This document shows positions 46,765 through 59,200 of a stretch of 64,000 nucleotides of DNA, piece after piece. The notes under the pieces were generated by a model. The model saw only the letters and a list, made by a program, of their open reading frames with translations. It did not search any database and had not been told where the DNA came from. The stretch comes from a virus, in the IMG/VR virus record IMGVR_UViG_3300035666_000002. One strand, 5' to 3'. The position numbers and the translations under genes were made by a program. Each line of letters begins with the position of its first letter. Position 1 is the first letter of the stretch.

Positions 46765-49700
46765 TTAAATTTTCTTTTTAATATCTTCAATTTCCGATTT
46801 CAATTCTTTAATTGCTTCAATCAATAAAGGAATCATTCTGTCATATTTCACGGTTAAGAATTGGCTTCCGATTGGAGCTGGAACAACAACTTCTGGAAGA
46901 ACTTTTTGAACTTCTTGAGCAGAAACACCAACCTGAACAGAATCATCATAACCCAAAGATTTAGCTAATTCATTTGGCTGATAATAGAAACCTGCAAGCT
47001 GTACAACTTTATCGATAGCATTTTCAATATTACCTATCTTATCTTTTAGCTTATCATCAGAGTAGCCAGAAGTAATATCACCTGTTGCTCTTATTTCACC
47101 TGTGGTTCCTGATGCGGCCGTACCCACACCAAGAGAAGCGAATTGAGGTGTCCCTGTTGTTCCTAAAGATATCGCGGTGTTTGTAACTGTTGTAATATGA
47201 CCTCTGTCATTTACAGTAAACACCGGAATCTCAGTAGCAGAACCGTGTGTTGCAGCAACAACCCCTGAGGTATCATGTGAAATTGATAATGCACCGTTTG
47301 TTAATGATGCAGTAATTGGTGCTGTTCCTGATACTGATCTTGCAACTCTGACACCACCATCGAACACACCTGTTGCACCATAAACTGGACCAGTTGAAAC
47401 CACATTTGCTGCCCAAACATTTCCAGCTACACCAACACCACCAGAAACTTTTAATGAACCAGTAGAGGTAGAAGTTGCTGCTGTAGTGTCAGTGATTGTA
47501 AGGGCACCAGTTAACGTTCCACCACCTGTGCTCAGATATGTTCCATCATGGTTGTGATTTGATAAAGAAACTGTAGCACCAGCAGAGTCGGTGATATGAC
47601 CGAAACCGTCTATTGTTAAAGAGGTTATAACACCTGTTGTACCTGATGTGAATGGTCCTGTTGGTCCTAATGCTCCAGATAATGTTGAAGTGTCAGCGTG
47701 ACCAATAGATAGATTACCATTAGCAGCTAGAGAACTCACAATTCCTGTTTGAGGATTCACCGATCTTGCAACTCTCACACCACCATCAAATACTCCTGTT
47801 GCACCGTAAACTGGTCCTGTTGAAACAAGATTTGCTGCCCAAGCATTTCCAGAAACACCTATACCGCCAGAAGTTACTATCGAACCTGTAGTTCTTGAAG
47901 TTGAAGCATCGGTTGATAAAACTTCAATAAAACCACCAGCTTCAATATTTAAAGCAGTTGAATATAGTTGATCCGCATACAAATCACCACTAACACCGGC
48001 ACCACCCGCTACAATTAATGCTCCAGTTATTCTTGATGTTGCGACCGTTGCATTCGCAATATTCAATGCTCCAGTCATTGTATCACCGGTCACATTAACA
48101 AATCTACTATCTGCTTCTGTTTCCGTATAATAACGGTCATCCAAGTTTACGGAACCTAAAGCTGTTATATGCCCATTAGTGTCCAGTGTAACATCTTGTA
48201 TTACATTTCCAGCACTGTTATCAACACTTGCTTGAGTTGATGTATCATCATGTGAAATGTAAAGTTTTCCGTTTGCAGCTAACGAACCTAGTATTGATGA
48301 TGAAGCAACTATTGCGCTTGCAACTCTTACACCAGTATCAAATACGCCTGTTGCGCCGTAAACTGGACCAGTTGAAACAAGATTTGCTGCCCAAACATTT
48401 CCAGCCACACCTATACCGCCACCACCAACACCACCACCAACAATTAAAGCACCAGTAGCCGTGGAAGTTGCTGCTGTGGTAGTAGCAATGTTTAAAGCAC
48501 CAGTCATTGTATCACCGGTCACATTAACAAATCTATTATCAGATTCGGTTTCGGTGTAATAACGGTCATCCAAGTTTACGGAACCTAAAGCTGTTATATG
48601 TCCAAAACCATCTAATGTAACATCTTGTATTACATTTCCAGCACTGTTATCAACATTTTCTTGAGTTGATGTATCCTGGTGCGAAATATACAGCCTTCCA
48701 TTGGCAGCTAACGAACCTAATATTGCAGAGGATGCAGTAATCGCACTTGCAACTCTAGTTCCAGTGTCATAAACTGGTCCAGTTGAAACCACATTTGCTG
48801 CCCAAACATTTCCAGCTACACCAACACCACCAGAAACTTTTAATGAACCAGTAGAGGTAGAAGTTGCTGCTGTATTATCAGTAATTGTAAGAGCACCAGT
48901 CATTGTATCGCCGGTCACATTAACGAATCTACTGTCAGATTCGGCTTCAGTGTAATAACGATCATCCAAGTTTACAGAACCTAAAGCTGTTATATGACCG
49001 AAACCGTCTAATGTAACATCTTGTATTACATTTCCAGCACTGTTATCAACATTTTCTTGAGTTGACGTATCTTCATGAGAGACATATAGTCTTCCATTGG
49101 CGGCTAAAGAACCTAATATTGCAGACGATGCAGTAATCGCACTTGCAACTCTTGTACCGGTATCGAACACTCCTGTTGCACCGTAAATTGGACCAGTTGA
49201 AACAAGATTTGCTGCCCAAGCACTTCCAGCAATACCAGCGCCACCTCCAACTATTAACGCACCAGTAATCGTAGAAGTTGCTGCCGTGTTAATAGCAACG
49301 TTTAAAGCACCAGTCATTGTATCACCAGATTTATTAACTTTAGTAATAAGCCCAGCACCAACGTTTGCTTGATATGCACTAGTTACTGCAATATCTCCAG
49401 CACCAGCATTAGCTGTTGTTCCAACAATAAACTGCCCAGAGTTATCTCGGAGAACCCAATAATCATTGCCCTCATCATAACGAATGTAAACATTAGGAGA
49501 ATTGGCTATATTCCCTCTGTTAATTATAATGCCAGCATTTTGTGTTGGCATCATATTAGTTGTATGATTGGAATTTAATACAATTTCATTATCTGCTAAA
49601 TTAATTTCTTCTGTGTTTATAGTAGTAATAGAGCCACTTACAGTTAAACTACCAGAAATCGTCAGATCACTAGAAATTGTTCCTCCAGTTTTTGGAAGGA

Positions 49701-52700
49701 AAGTAGAATCTGCATAATTTTTTAACTTAGTGTTGGCAGTATCAATATCCGCTCTAGCGGTAATTAATGCTACTCCAGAATTTGCTTGTGCATTAGCAGC
49801 ATCAGCAATCCTAGCAGCACCAATATTAGCTGCTAGTGAAGTATTGGCGTTTTGAGTATCAAGTCTTAATTGACCAACGTTTGCTTGATATGCATTGGTA
49901 ATCGATATTAAACCAGCACCAACGTTTGCTTGACCACTCAGCACAGCAGTTCTGACTGCATTTGAAGTTGCAACATTAGATGAACTATCAAGTGAAATGC
50001 TGTTACTCATTAAGTTGGCAGTTAATATTCTAGAATATGCAGTGGAATCATCGAGATTTCCCACATCTCTAAATTCCCAAACTTTAGAAACTTCGCTCCA
50101 ACGAAGATCGGCATCTTTATTATCTTGATCGAATGTTAGTGTTGTTCCATTGTTAGCAAAGTTTATTGGTGTTGATGTTGCTGGAGAAGCAGAATTATAT
50201 CCAGCAGAAGTTGTTACTTTGAAGAAGTTAGAGTTTGTTCCGCCAACTGCAACCGCTCCACTTGCATTCAAAACAAGAACACGATATATCGTATTATTTG
50301 AAAGACCTGTTACTGGTGATCCAACACTTGCTGCACTAATGTTTGTGAACATAACATTTTGACCCATAGAAAATCCATGAGCAGACATGTTAATAGTATC
50401 ACTTGTTCCATCTAATGTTGCTGTAGCATTTACTCTGTTAATCGTGATATAATCATATCCTGCGCCAATAGTTTGCTTAGTCGTTGCCATCAACTTAATT
50501 CTATTGGTATCAACTAATTGTTGCCCAGTTATAGTGAAATCACCACCAACAGAAACTCCACCAGTAATAGCTAAGGAACCGGTTATTGTTTGTGAGGTTG
50601 AAGTTAATTTCACATGATTAGCAAATGCTGATATATTTGCTGCACCGACATTAGCCTGATATGCATTTGTGATAGCAATCCTAGCTGCACCGACATTAGC
50701 CTGATATGCATTTGTAACAGTGATATCTCCAGCACCCGAATTTGCTTGTGCATTAGCGGTATCAGTAATTCTAGCAGCACCAACGTTTGCTTGTGCAGCA
50801 GCGACATCAGCAATTCTAGCAGCACCAACGTTTGCTTGAAAAAGGAGAACCGCAGTATTAATAGAATTTGCTGTTGCTGCGGTAGTCGTACTGGTGCTAG
50901 TAATAGAGTCTGTAAGTTGTAGAATACCCGTTTCTGTTGTAGAACCAGTTCTAATTGCAACATTTTGAGCAGATGTAATATGCCCTCTATCATTAACCGT
51001 AAATGAAGCAACATTTACACTATTACCATAAGTTGTTGCAGTCACACCAGAAACATCATGAGATATTGCTAATGCACCTGTCGAAGAATTTAAAGTGGCA
51101 CTTATTGGTGCGGTTGCTGATACAGTTCTAGCCACTCTGTTTCCGTTATCGTAAACCGAAGAAGCATATAAATTTACAGCAGAAAGATTGCTGGTTATTC
51201 TAGCATTGTCAGCAACTAAAGTGCCAGTCGCTACAAAACTGTTTGCTGTTACATTAGCAGTAATTCTAGCATTGTCAGCAACTAAAGTGCCAGTCGCTAC
51301 AAAACTGTTTGCTGTTACATTAGCAGTAATTCTAGCGTTATCCGCAACTAATGAATTTGATGCTGTTATACTGGAAACATTAGCGTTATCAGAAATTCTA
51401 GCATTGGTAGCATTTATAGTTGTTGCAGTTGTTTCAGTAAAAGTAGCATTGGATGTAATTCTAGCATTATCAACAACTAAAGAGCCTGTTCCCACAAAAC
51501 TGTTTGCGGTCACATTAGCTGTAATTCTAGCGTTATCCGCAACTAATGAATTTGAAATAGTAACATTAGCTACGTTAGCGTTACCAGAAATTCTAGCATT
51601 GGTAGCATTTATAGTTGTTGCAGTTGTTTCACCAAACGTGGCGTTAGCAGTAATTCTAGCGTTATCCGCAACTAAAGTGCCAGTTGCTACAAAACTGTTT
51701 GCTGTTACGTTAGCAGTGATTCTAGCACTATCAACAACTAACGAACCTGTTCCTACAAAACTGTTCGCTGTTACATTAGCTGTAATTCTAGCATTATCAA
51801 CAACTAAAGAGCCTGTTCCCACAAAACTGTTTGCGGTCACATTAGCAGTAATTCTGGCATTGTCAGCAACTAATGAATTTGATGCTGTTATACTAGAAAC
51901 ATTAGCGTTACCAGAAATTCTAGCATTGGTAGCATTTATAGTTGTTGCAGTGGTTTCACCGAACGTGGCGTTAGCCGTAATCCTAGCGTTATTAACAACT
52001 AAAGATCCTGTTCCTACAAAACTGTTTGCGGTCACATTAGCTGTAATTCTGGCGTTATCCGCAACTAATGAATTTGTTGCTATAAAATCTGTTGCATGTA
52101 CGTTTGCTGATACACCAACACCACCTTCGACAATTAATGATCCTGTTGTTTTTGATGATGAAACTAGACCACTACCTAATCTTAAATTGCCAGTGATGTT
52201 GGAATTACCTTGGACAGTTAATGATCCGTTAGCACCACCATTTGCTGTATTTGCTGCATAAATGTATAGATTTCCAGCACTATTGGACGCAAGACTTCCC
52301 AAAGAAAGTAAAACAGTGTTATTAACTGCACCGGCAGCATCACCTTTAACTGTAACATTTCCAGAAATGAATGCTGATTTTGATACTCCAACACCACCGT
52401 ATATTATTGCAGCACCAGAAATATTTGAAGAAGTTTCCGTTGTATCATTAACTCTTAGTGATCCAGTCGATGTTGCATTCGCAGTTGTTAAATTGCCAGC
52501 AGTTGTATTCCCAGTAATTATGGCAATACTATCAACAAGTAAATTACCACTCTGCGTAGTTCCAGATACAGTTACATTAACATTTGCAACAATATTATTT
52601 GTTCTTACATTTTGAGTTACTTGTAAATTCGTATTTACGGTTGCATTGTTTGCAACAAAAAGAGCAGTTCCAACTCCGTAGATAAAGACATTTGCACCTA

Positions 52701-52968
52701 CAGTTAAATTACCAGTGGCAATTTCTCTAGAACCTAATTCAACATTTCTACCTATTGTTACAGTGTTTGAAAGAAGAACATTATTAGCAACTGTAAGTGA
52801 TGTTCCCTGAGCGGTTATTGATAACGCTCCAGTATTAGAAATCGTCAGGGTACCTGATGTCTTATTAAAATTACCCGTTTCGATGTTATTAATTGCATTA
52901 GCTGATTGATTGGTCTGAATTCTCCATTCATCAACTGTGTTTATTCTAGTGATATTATTAATAGGCAT
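46765..52968 (-). CDS. Long tail fibre (2067 aa) with S74-like chaperone
   Basis: NTVDEWR N-term; several repeat blocks; GDTMTGAL; TGAL.V.GG.G; C-term GYSDDKLK...VGVSAQEVQKVLPE...YDRMIPLLIEAIKE. Confidence 0.88.
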   Translation of the reverse strand: MPINNITRINTVDEWRIQTNQSANAINNIETGNFNKTSGTLTISNTGALSITAQGTSLTVANNVLLSNTVTIGRNVELGSREIATGNLTVGANVFIYGVGTALFVANNATVNTNLQVTQNVRTNNIVANVNVTVSGTTQSGNLLVDSIAIITGNTTAGNLTTANATSTGSLRVNDTTETSSNISGAAIIYGGVGVSKSAFISGNVTVKGDAAGAVNNTVLLSLGSLASNSAGNLYIYAANTANGGANGSLTVQGNSNITGNLRLGSGLVSSSKTTGSLIVEGGVGVSANVHATDFIATNSLVADNARITANVTANSFVGTGSLVVNNARITANATFGETTATTINATNARISGNANVSSITASNSLVADNARITANVTANSFVGTGSLVVDNARITANVTANSFVGTGSLVVDSARITANVTANSFVATGTLVADNARITANATFGETTATTINATNARISGNANVANVTISNSLVADNARITANVTANSFVGTGSLVVDNARITSNATFTETTATTINATNARISDNANVSSITASNSLVADNARITANVTANSFVATGTLVADNARITANVTANSFVATGTLVADNARITSNLSAVNLYASSVYDNGNRVARTVSATAPISATLNSSTGALAISHDVSGVTATTYGNSVNVASFTVNDRGHITSAQNVAIRTGSTTETGILQLTDSITSTSTTTAATANSINTAVLLFQANVGAARIADVAAAQANVGAARITDTANAQANSGAGDITVTNAYQANVGAARIAITNAYQANVGAANISAFANHVKLTSTSQTITGSLAITGGVSVGGDFTITGQQLVDTNRIKLMATTKQTIGAGYDYITINRVNATATLDGTSDTINMSAHGFSMGQNVMFTNISAASVGSPVTGLSNNTIYRVLVLNASGAVAVGGTNSNFFKVTTSAGYNSASPATSTPINFANNGTTLTFDQDNKDADLRWSEVSKVWEFRDVGNLDDSTAYSRILTANLMSNSISLDSSSNVATSNAVRTAVLSGQANVGAGLISITNAYQANVGQLRLDTQNANTSLAANIGAARIADAANAQANSGVALITARADIDTANTKLKNYADSTFLPKTGGTISSDLTISGSLTVSGSITTINTEEINLADNEIVLNSNHTTNMMPTQNAGIIINRGNIANSPNVYIRYDEGNDYWVLRDNSGQFIVGTTANAGAGDIAVTSAYQANVGAGLITKVNKSGDTMTGALNVAINTAATSTITGALIVGGGAGIAGSAWAANLVSTGPIYGATGVFDTGTRVASAITASSAILGSLAANGRLYVSHEDTSTQENVDNSAGNVIQDVTLDGFGHITALGSVNLDDRYYTEAESDSRFVNVTGDTMTGALTITDNTAATSTSTGSLKVSGGVGVAGNVWAANVVSTGPVYDTGTRVASAITASSAILGSLAANGRLYISHQDTSTQENVDNSAGNVIQDVTLDGFGHITALGSVNLDDRYYTETESDNRFVNVTGDTMTGALNIATTTAATSTATGALIVGGGVGGGGIGVAGNVWAANLVSTGPVYGATGVFDTGVRVASAIVASSSILGSLAANGKLYISHDDTSTQASVDNSAGNVIQDVTLDTNGHITALGSVNLDDRYYTETEADSRFVNVTGDTMTGALNIANATVATSRITGALIVAGGAGVSGDLYADQLYSTALNIEAGGFIEVLSTDASTSRTTGSIVTSGGIGVSGNAWAANLVSTGPVYGATGVFDGGVRVARSVNPQTGIVSSLAANGNLSIGHADTSTLSGALGPTGPFTSGTTGVITSLTIDGFGHITDSAGATVSLSNHNHDGTYLSTGGGTLTGALTITDTTAATSTSTGSLKVSGGVGVAGNVWAANVVSTGPVYGATGVFDGGVRVARSVSGTAPITASLTNGALSISHDTSGVVAATHGSATEIPVFTVNDRGHITTVTNTAISLGTTGTPQFASLGVGTAASGTTGEIRATGDITSGYSDDKLKDKIGNIENAIDKVVQLAGFYYQPNELAKSLGYDDSVQVGVSAQEVQKVLPEVVVPAPIGSQFLTVKYDRMIPLLIEAIKELKSEIEDIKKKI
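47280..49340 (-). repeat. Tandem modules of about 130-145 aa in the long fibre
   Basis: Three near-identical DNA copies encoding VDNSAGNVIQDVTLD..GHITALGSVNLDDRYYTE plus degenerate copies. Confidence 0.85.
51188..52075 (-). repeat. 14 tandem 21-22 aa NARI repeats
   Basis: DNARITANVTANSFVGTGSLVV and variants, counted from the translation. Confidence 0.9.
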
Positions 52969-53201
52969 TATTGTTTACTCTGTTTCAGCAAGGAGTTTAA
53001 AAGTTCTTTTATGTCTTTCATGTCGTTAGAAAGCTCATCGACTTTACTTTTAAGATTATTTATCTCATCATTTTTGCCGTTAATTCTCTGAGCTAACTTT
53101 TTTCTCGCTTCATTTTCAAGAAGAGCATTTTGCCCAGTCATTAATAATGCATTAGTTGATACATCTTTTACAAAATTTGTACCTTCAACTTTTAGCTTCA
53201 T
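52968..53201 (-). CDS. Small coiled-coil protein
   Basis: FVKD..TNALL...EINNLK..V.EL..D..DIKELL; commonly follows the DUF4815 gene in T4-like phages. Confidence 0.75.
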   Translation of the reverse strand: MKLKVEGTNFVKDVSTNALLMTGQNALLENEARKKLAQRINGKNDEINNLKSKVDELSNDMKDIKELLNSLLKQSKQ

Positions 53202-53204
53202 CGA

Positions 53205-56200
53205 TTACTCCGCAGGTGTTGCAATAATACGTAAATCTCTTACACTGGGTGGAATCGCTGGGTCTGTAGAGGTGAGAACAATTTTTATAGCAAAGGTTTT
53301 GAAACTATCATAAGTCACACCATTTGATCCTGTGTAAGTTACTTGATTTACCGTAGCTGAAGGGCGATATTCATATTCTCTATAAGTTGTTAAATCTGGC
53401 GAAGGAGTTGTTGTTGGATTGATACAAACCATCTTTTCATAAGGTCTATCTGCGAATTCTGTTCCATCCGAATCTGAAAGAACTTTATAGTAGACTGACA
53501 CCTCAGAAATACCAGGTTTGTTTGCAGACAAGAACACACGTAAATCTCCAGCATCATAACCATCTGCCAATTTGATAGGCTTAGTGATGTATCTTGCAAG
53601 GCAAGGACCACCAGAAGAATCAAACTCGCTATTCAGTACGATTGTAGCTGGAGTAGTTGGATGTGTATAATATGAAATTGTGAAATCATCCAAATAACCA
53701 GACCCAGAAGAAGTGACATAGATTCCTACAACATTTCCATTCGCATCAACTGTGACGTTCGCATTCGCTCCAGAACCGGTGGAACTCGTTACCGAAATTA
53801 AATTAGCATTGCTGTATTTGGATCCTGGAGCAATAATTGTAAAATCATCTGAGGTAATTTCTCCATTGTCTAAGAAATTTTCCCAAACGTTCAAAAACAG
53901 ACTTTCTTCGGAAATAATAGGAGATACAGCATCATTTGTCGTCGATATAGTCGCTTTTAATGTCCAATCATTCTTACTTCCAATTTTTTTGCGTCTATTT
54001 CCTACTGCGTAAATATCATCTTCCGCCATCATATATGTGACGTAAGGAGTAATTGGTCTATAAGTCGTTTCTTTCGAACCTGTTACTGGTGTGGTAACAA
54101 TAGAGTAATTGAGATTTGTCACACCAGCAGAAGGAATAATAGAAGTTTCCATCAATTTAAATTTATCAACATAATATAAAGATGGAGTTGCCTGATTCTC
54201 GAAAGCATAAGTTGCTGAAGAAGTAGAGAAAACACAACGATTCAATCTAAACATCAAATCTTCATTCATGAACGGAACATATTCCATGGAATTTTGTGAT
54301 TTGTAAAGTGTTCCGACATATGGTTGTTTATCAACAAATTCGTTGTTGGTTGTCGTTGAACCTTTTTCAGCACCCCAAATTGTATAATCATTTGAGTCTG
54401 TTAGAACAACAAATGCATACAGACCTGGTTTCAGATAAACTGGAAAATCAAATTTGAAGTTGGTTGCAGTCGCAGTTGTTGATACCGAAGGATTATCAGA
54501 AATGTTAATCTCACTAGGATACTTGACTACGACCGATTCTGGATACCAATAATCTGAGGAAGGTGCGCCATTAATAGTTGGTCTAATTTGAACGATAACT
54601 GGTATATTTTCATCATCCTTTGCTCTGAAAAATAAATCCATGCTATCCAAAAATAATCCATAAGGATACTTTTCAACATCAACGAAGAATGTTTGCGCTA
54701 GAGGATCTCTATTAACTGCGGTAAATACTGTACTTAATTCTCTAGTACCAATAATTTTCTCTGAAGTGAGCGCACCAACAATTTTGCTATCCACATCAAC
54801 ATTCAAAACAGTATCAACTAATGTAGTTTTATTTACTGTAATGCCTGAAGATGTATAAACTTTATCTGCAAAAGAAATTGCATCTGCATCATAAGTGTTG
54901 TTGAATGATTCAGTTACACGGAAGTTTCTTTGCCCAGAACGGAAGGTTGCTTCAGGTATGTAAAGAGCGCCACCAATTTGACCTAATTTATTTGTGTTAT
55001 TATTACCAAAACTGTAAACATATTCTTGCCCTGCATAAGCAGAAGCTCCGCTAACGGTTGCAACTTTAGTCGTTGTATTATAATTAATAACATTAAATGA
55101 GGCACCGACACCAATTTCATTATTTGATTTGTGTATTAAGTATAATGTATTGCTAGAAATATTATAAGATGGAGCATCTGAAGCGAGAGTAATTTCTGTG
55201 GCTGTAATTCCTCTTGTAACTCCGGAGCGATGATCATTTACACTAGAGATAGAATAAACATTTCCTGAGTCTACACCGTATACGAATTTGCCTGATAAGT
55301 TTATTGTAGCATTTTCGTTTATGATTGAAACATTAGCAGAACCAATTTCACTCATAACGATTGTGCCGGTTTTAAATGATGATCCTCCGGCGACTAAACT
55401 TGCTACATTAGCAACCAAATCTGCATAGGTATTGGCTATCAGGATAGTTTCACCATTTGTTAATCTTGTGTTCACATTTAATGTGACTCTGTTGGGAACA
55501 ACAACATATTTGTTAACATCAACATCATCAAAGAAAGAATACATTCTTGTTGATGGTCTTAAACCAACCGAAGAGAAAACAATTCTCTTTGGTTTCATAT
55601 AAGGCTGAATTGCTAAATCTGTAACAAAAGTTCCAACATCAACTTGTGAAGAAGAAGTTGATATTTGTTTTTGTGAAAACTCTGTTCCAGCTTTAGCAAA
55701 AGTTAATTCATTAGTCGTTGTCAAGAAACCAAAGCCTTGTGATTTCCAACCTACATCACTAACTATTGTTTGATTTCTAGTCTGGTACCATTTACTATCA
55801 ATTATTTGAGCAAACGGACTATTTTTATCATCTCTCCATTGAGGTACATTATCTGAAATATATTTAAATGCTTGATTAACAAAATTAAATGCGTTTTCTA
55901 CCCCTTGTGTTGAATTTAAAGTTACCTTAGCAGTAACTCCAGTATCAACATCACCTGTAAATTCAGGAAATAATTTCGTTACACCTTTAAAGTTTGCAAA
56001 AAGTGCTTGTGCAACAGGAATGGATTTAGTAAAATATTGTTGTTGAGCAAAATTAGAAGATGTATAAGAAAGAATGTGTGCTTTCTTTGATCCTGTTCCT
56101 ATAGTTTTAGTTGAACCAGTAAATGAAGAAGTAATTGCTTGTAATTTTACAGTTCTCATTAGTGAAGCAGGATATAATGTTCCATTATCAAGAAGATTTC

Positions 56201-59200
56201 TATTATCGAAAGTAGTTGTATCCTGAACTAATTCTTTATTTGTAAAATTATCAACAAGTATACCATACTTCGCTCTTTCTAATCCATTGTTGTCCAATAT
56301 CTTAGCGTCTGCGGCACTCTTCTCAAGTGCGTTTAAAGAAACATAATATTCTAGACCACGAATTCTATCTTCAAAGTTTTGAATGTCCTGCATTGTATAA
56401 CGACGATTATTCTTGAAATCTGCACGAATATCTTTTACATTTTCGGTATACGCAGGAATAGTCAAAGTATAAATCAACATATCTTTTACATCAACCACTG
56501 GAGGAAGAGGTTGTACGGCAGCCTGCCCCTTAACAACAGCAAACTCTCCTCCTGATTTTACAATAACTCTATCGATTCTCGGCAGATAATAATCATATGA
56601 CATCTCAATGTTTTCTAATGGTTCTGGATTTAAAGCACCTGATAGTGTTGTTCCGCCAATAGCTTTGTATGGTCTGAAATCAAATGCCGATCTTAAACTT
56701 AGAATGTTATTGTTTTCTTTATCATTAAATGAAGGAATGTCATCATAATTAATATTAGAACCTTGTGCATAAGAATCTACAGTAAATAAGCCGCTAAAAA
56801 CTGTTAGTTGTTTAAAGTAACGGTACTGAACAAAAATTCTTCCGGTTGGTGCAGAAAATCCTCTTTTCAATTTAATAGTTGCATGATCATAGTGTGTTTT
56901 TCTTTGACCAGTATCAAATTCATATCTTTCTGTGACATCATACGCTGTATTTGTAAGCATTGCAGAAGTCACATTTGATGTTGTATTTTTAGAATCAAAT
57001 ATGCCGACAATTTCATAAACATCAGGAACTTGTAAACTAACAACTTTTCCTGGCGTTCTCAGATCGGTTAGAATTGATGATTCTGTGAAGTTTGTTGCAC
57101 CAATACTTTTGAAAACCATTCCTCCGGCAAAACTAGTAGTTTCACCAGAAGTATTTGCCGAATAGAGAACATCCGTACCTTGTGTTCCAGAAGTATTCAT
57201 CTCATAAGGGATTAAATCATGAAGAGTGTCACTTATAGGAACTAATTGCTTTTTCTTTGTTACACCTGTTGTGGCATTTTCGGCATTGTTTATTTTTGTT
57301 GTCACCAATAAATCAACTCTTATAGTATCTTCCGTTTTCAAATCTACTTCGAAGGAGTTAGTACCAATAGATGTGACTGTAAAGTTATCATTCGAAAGGG
57401 CTAAAACAGTATTTGCAGTTATTCCTAATTGAGCATTGCTTGTGCTATCGGAGCGAACAAAACATATAATATTATCTCGTATTAAAGAATCTGAAATTAC
57501 GCCACTTCCTGAAGAGAATGCAAAAGTATCAGGAGAGGTTGCAGTAACAGTAAATTTGCCTGTAGCGGCAACTGTCACACCAGAATATTTCTTTCTAACA
57601 TAAAAATCCATATCAGAAATCGTATTCGCTTTAATTGCGGTTTGTCTTGGGTTAAATATCAACGAAGCTCTAGCTTGTTCATTAATTGATGCGAATCCAG
57701 TGGACGTCGATTTAGAATCGGCATCAATATTTCCCGCAAATGCAATATAAAGCCCACCATTTGCAACAAGAGATTCAGCAGCAGTGAAGTCTGATTCAAT
57801 ACTAAATGTGTTCGACGCTGGAATAAAAGGTAAAGAAGATGAAAGATTTAATGTTACAGTATTTGAACTTGTAATCAATATTGGTGAAAGACTAGAACCA
57901 CCAGAATCAGTGATTCTAAAATACATGTTAGCATAAGCATTAGTTGTAAGTGTCGAACTAAATGTGGTAGGAATAGCAATCGTTGTTGGTGAACTTCCGC
58001 TTGCTGCTAATGTACCCGTAACAGGAACATTATTGGCACCAAAAAGATACGTCGTGAATGTATGTGTATTTCCGTTAGATGAATCTGTGGAATCATTGTA
58101 ACGAATCATATGAGCATAAACCGTACCAATTTTTGTAGAGTTATATTTTGATGCAGTTGTTATCTGTATACTTTCGTGTGGGACGCAATGAATATCGAGT
58201 TGAGGAAAAGTTGTGATGTCTAATGTGTTACGAACGTTTGCTAATACAACACTTGATTCATAGTTAGTTGGAAGATCAAAATCATTCACATTCGCAACTT
58301 CTCTTGCTCTATCAACTTTGATTCTGCTTGGAGCTATAGTTTGAAATTCATAACCTCCAACATAAGCTTTACCTGGATCCAACACTACATCAAATTTACC
58401 ATTAGCTTGATCACCTTCTTCTAAAGAAATAACAAAAGGATCGACCGTGTAGTTGCCTGATTCATCATATGTTCTTCTAGCTAAAGTTTTCTCAATTTCA
58501 CTATAAATTGGATATTCTATCTCTTTTGTTTTAACGTCTTCAACAAGTCGTATAATTTCAAAAAATGTTGAAGTATCGGCTGAATCCAGAGTTCTCTTTG
58601 AAAGAGTTGTTGTAACTTGAAAACGATTTGCGCCGGGAGCTTGATAGTTAAATGAGCCTTGTGCAGGATCTAACAGTGAAGTATCATCAATTTCATCTAC
58701 AATATTTTCTTCAAACTCAATACCAATCTTGTAAGAGGGTAAGACATTGACTGTTGAACTAGATCCAATTCGATAAAAAGATTCAATAATTAAAAATTGA
58801 GGAACAACTTTAACAAATTGACCTTTAAAATAATAAACACCTTCTTGTATGCTTGCAACAAAAGAACCTCCTGTTGCATTTGTTCCTCTTAATACCGCAA
58901 AAATATCTTGTCCAAAAACTCGAAGCTCATCACCCTCTGCAAATTTCTCTCCACTTAAATACTTAATAACGAGAATTGATAACCCTCCAGTGGTGTCTGT
59001 TGCTATAACTTTAGCTCTAACCAATTTGGAACTATTATATGAGACAATAGTTTTATCACGGAAATCATTTAAGTCAATATCTACACCACTATATTGATTT
59101 TGCAAAATAATATAGTTAGCTTTTCTATCTAAAGAAATTCTTCCACCAATAATAGGGCTGCCACTCTTAAAAATGTGATTGCCGAACTTTTCTATTTGAT

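Noticed and set aside
47280-49340. Near-identical repeats in a fibre gene as a DGR template/variable pair
   Set aside because: Differences look mostly synonymous rather than adenine-specific, all copies are in-frame internal modules, and no reverse transcriptase is in the window.
51188-52615. Plus-strand 357 aa and 117 aa ORFs
   Set aside because: Antisense shadows of the A/N/T-rich repeat region of the long fibre.
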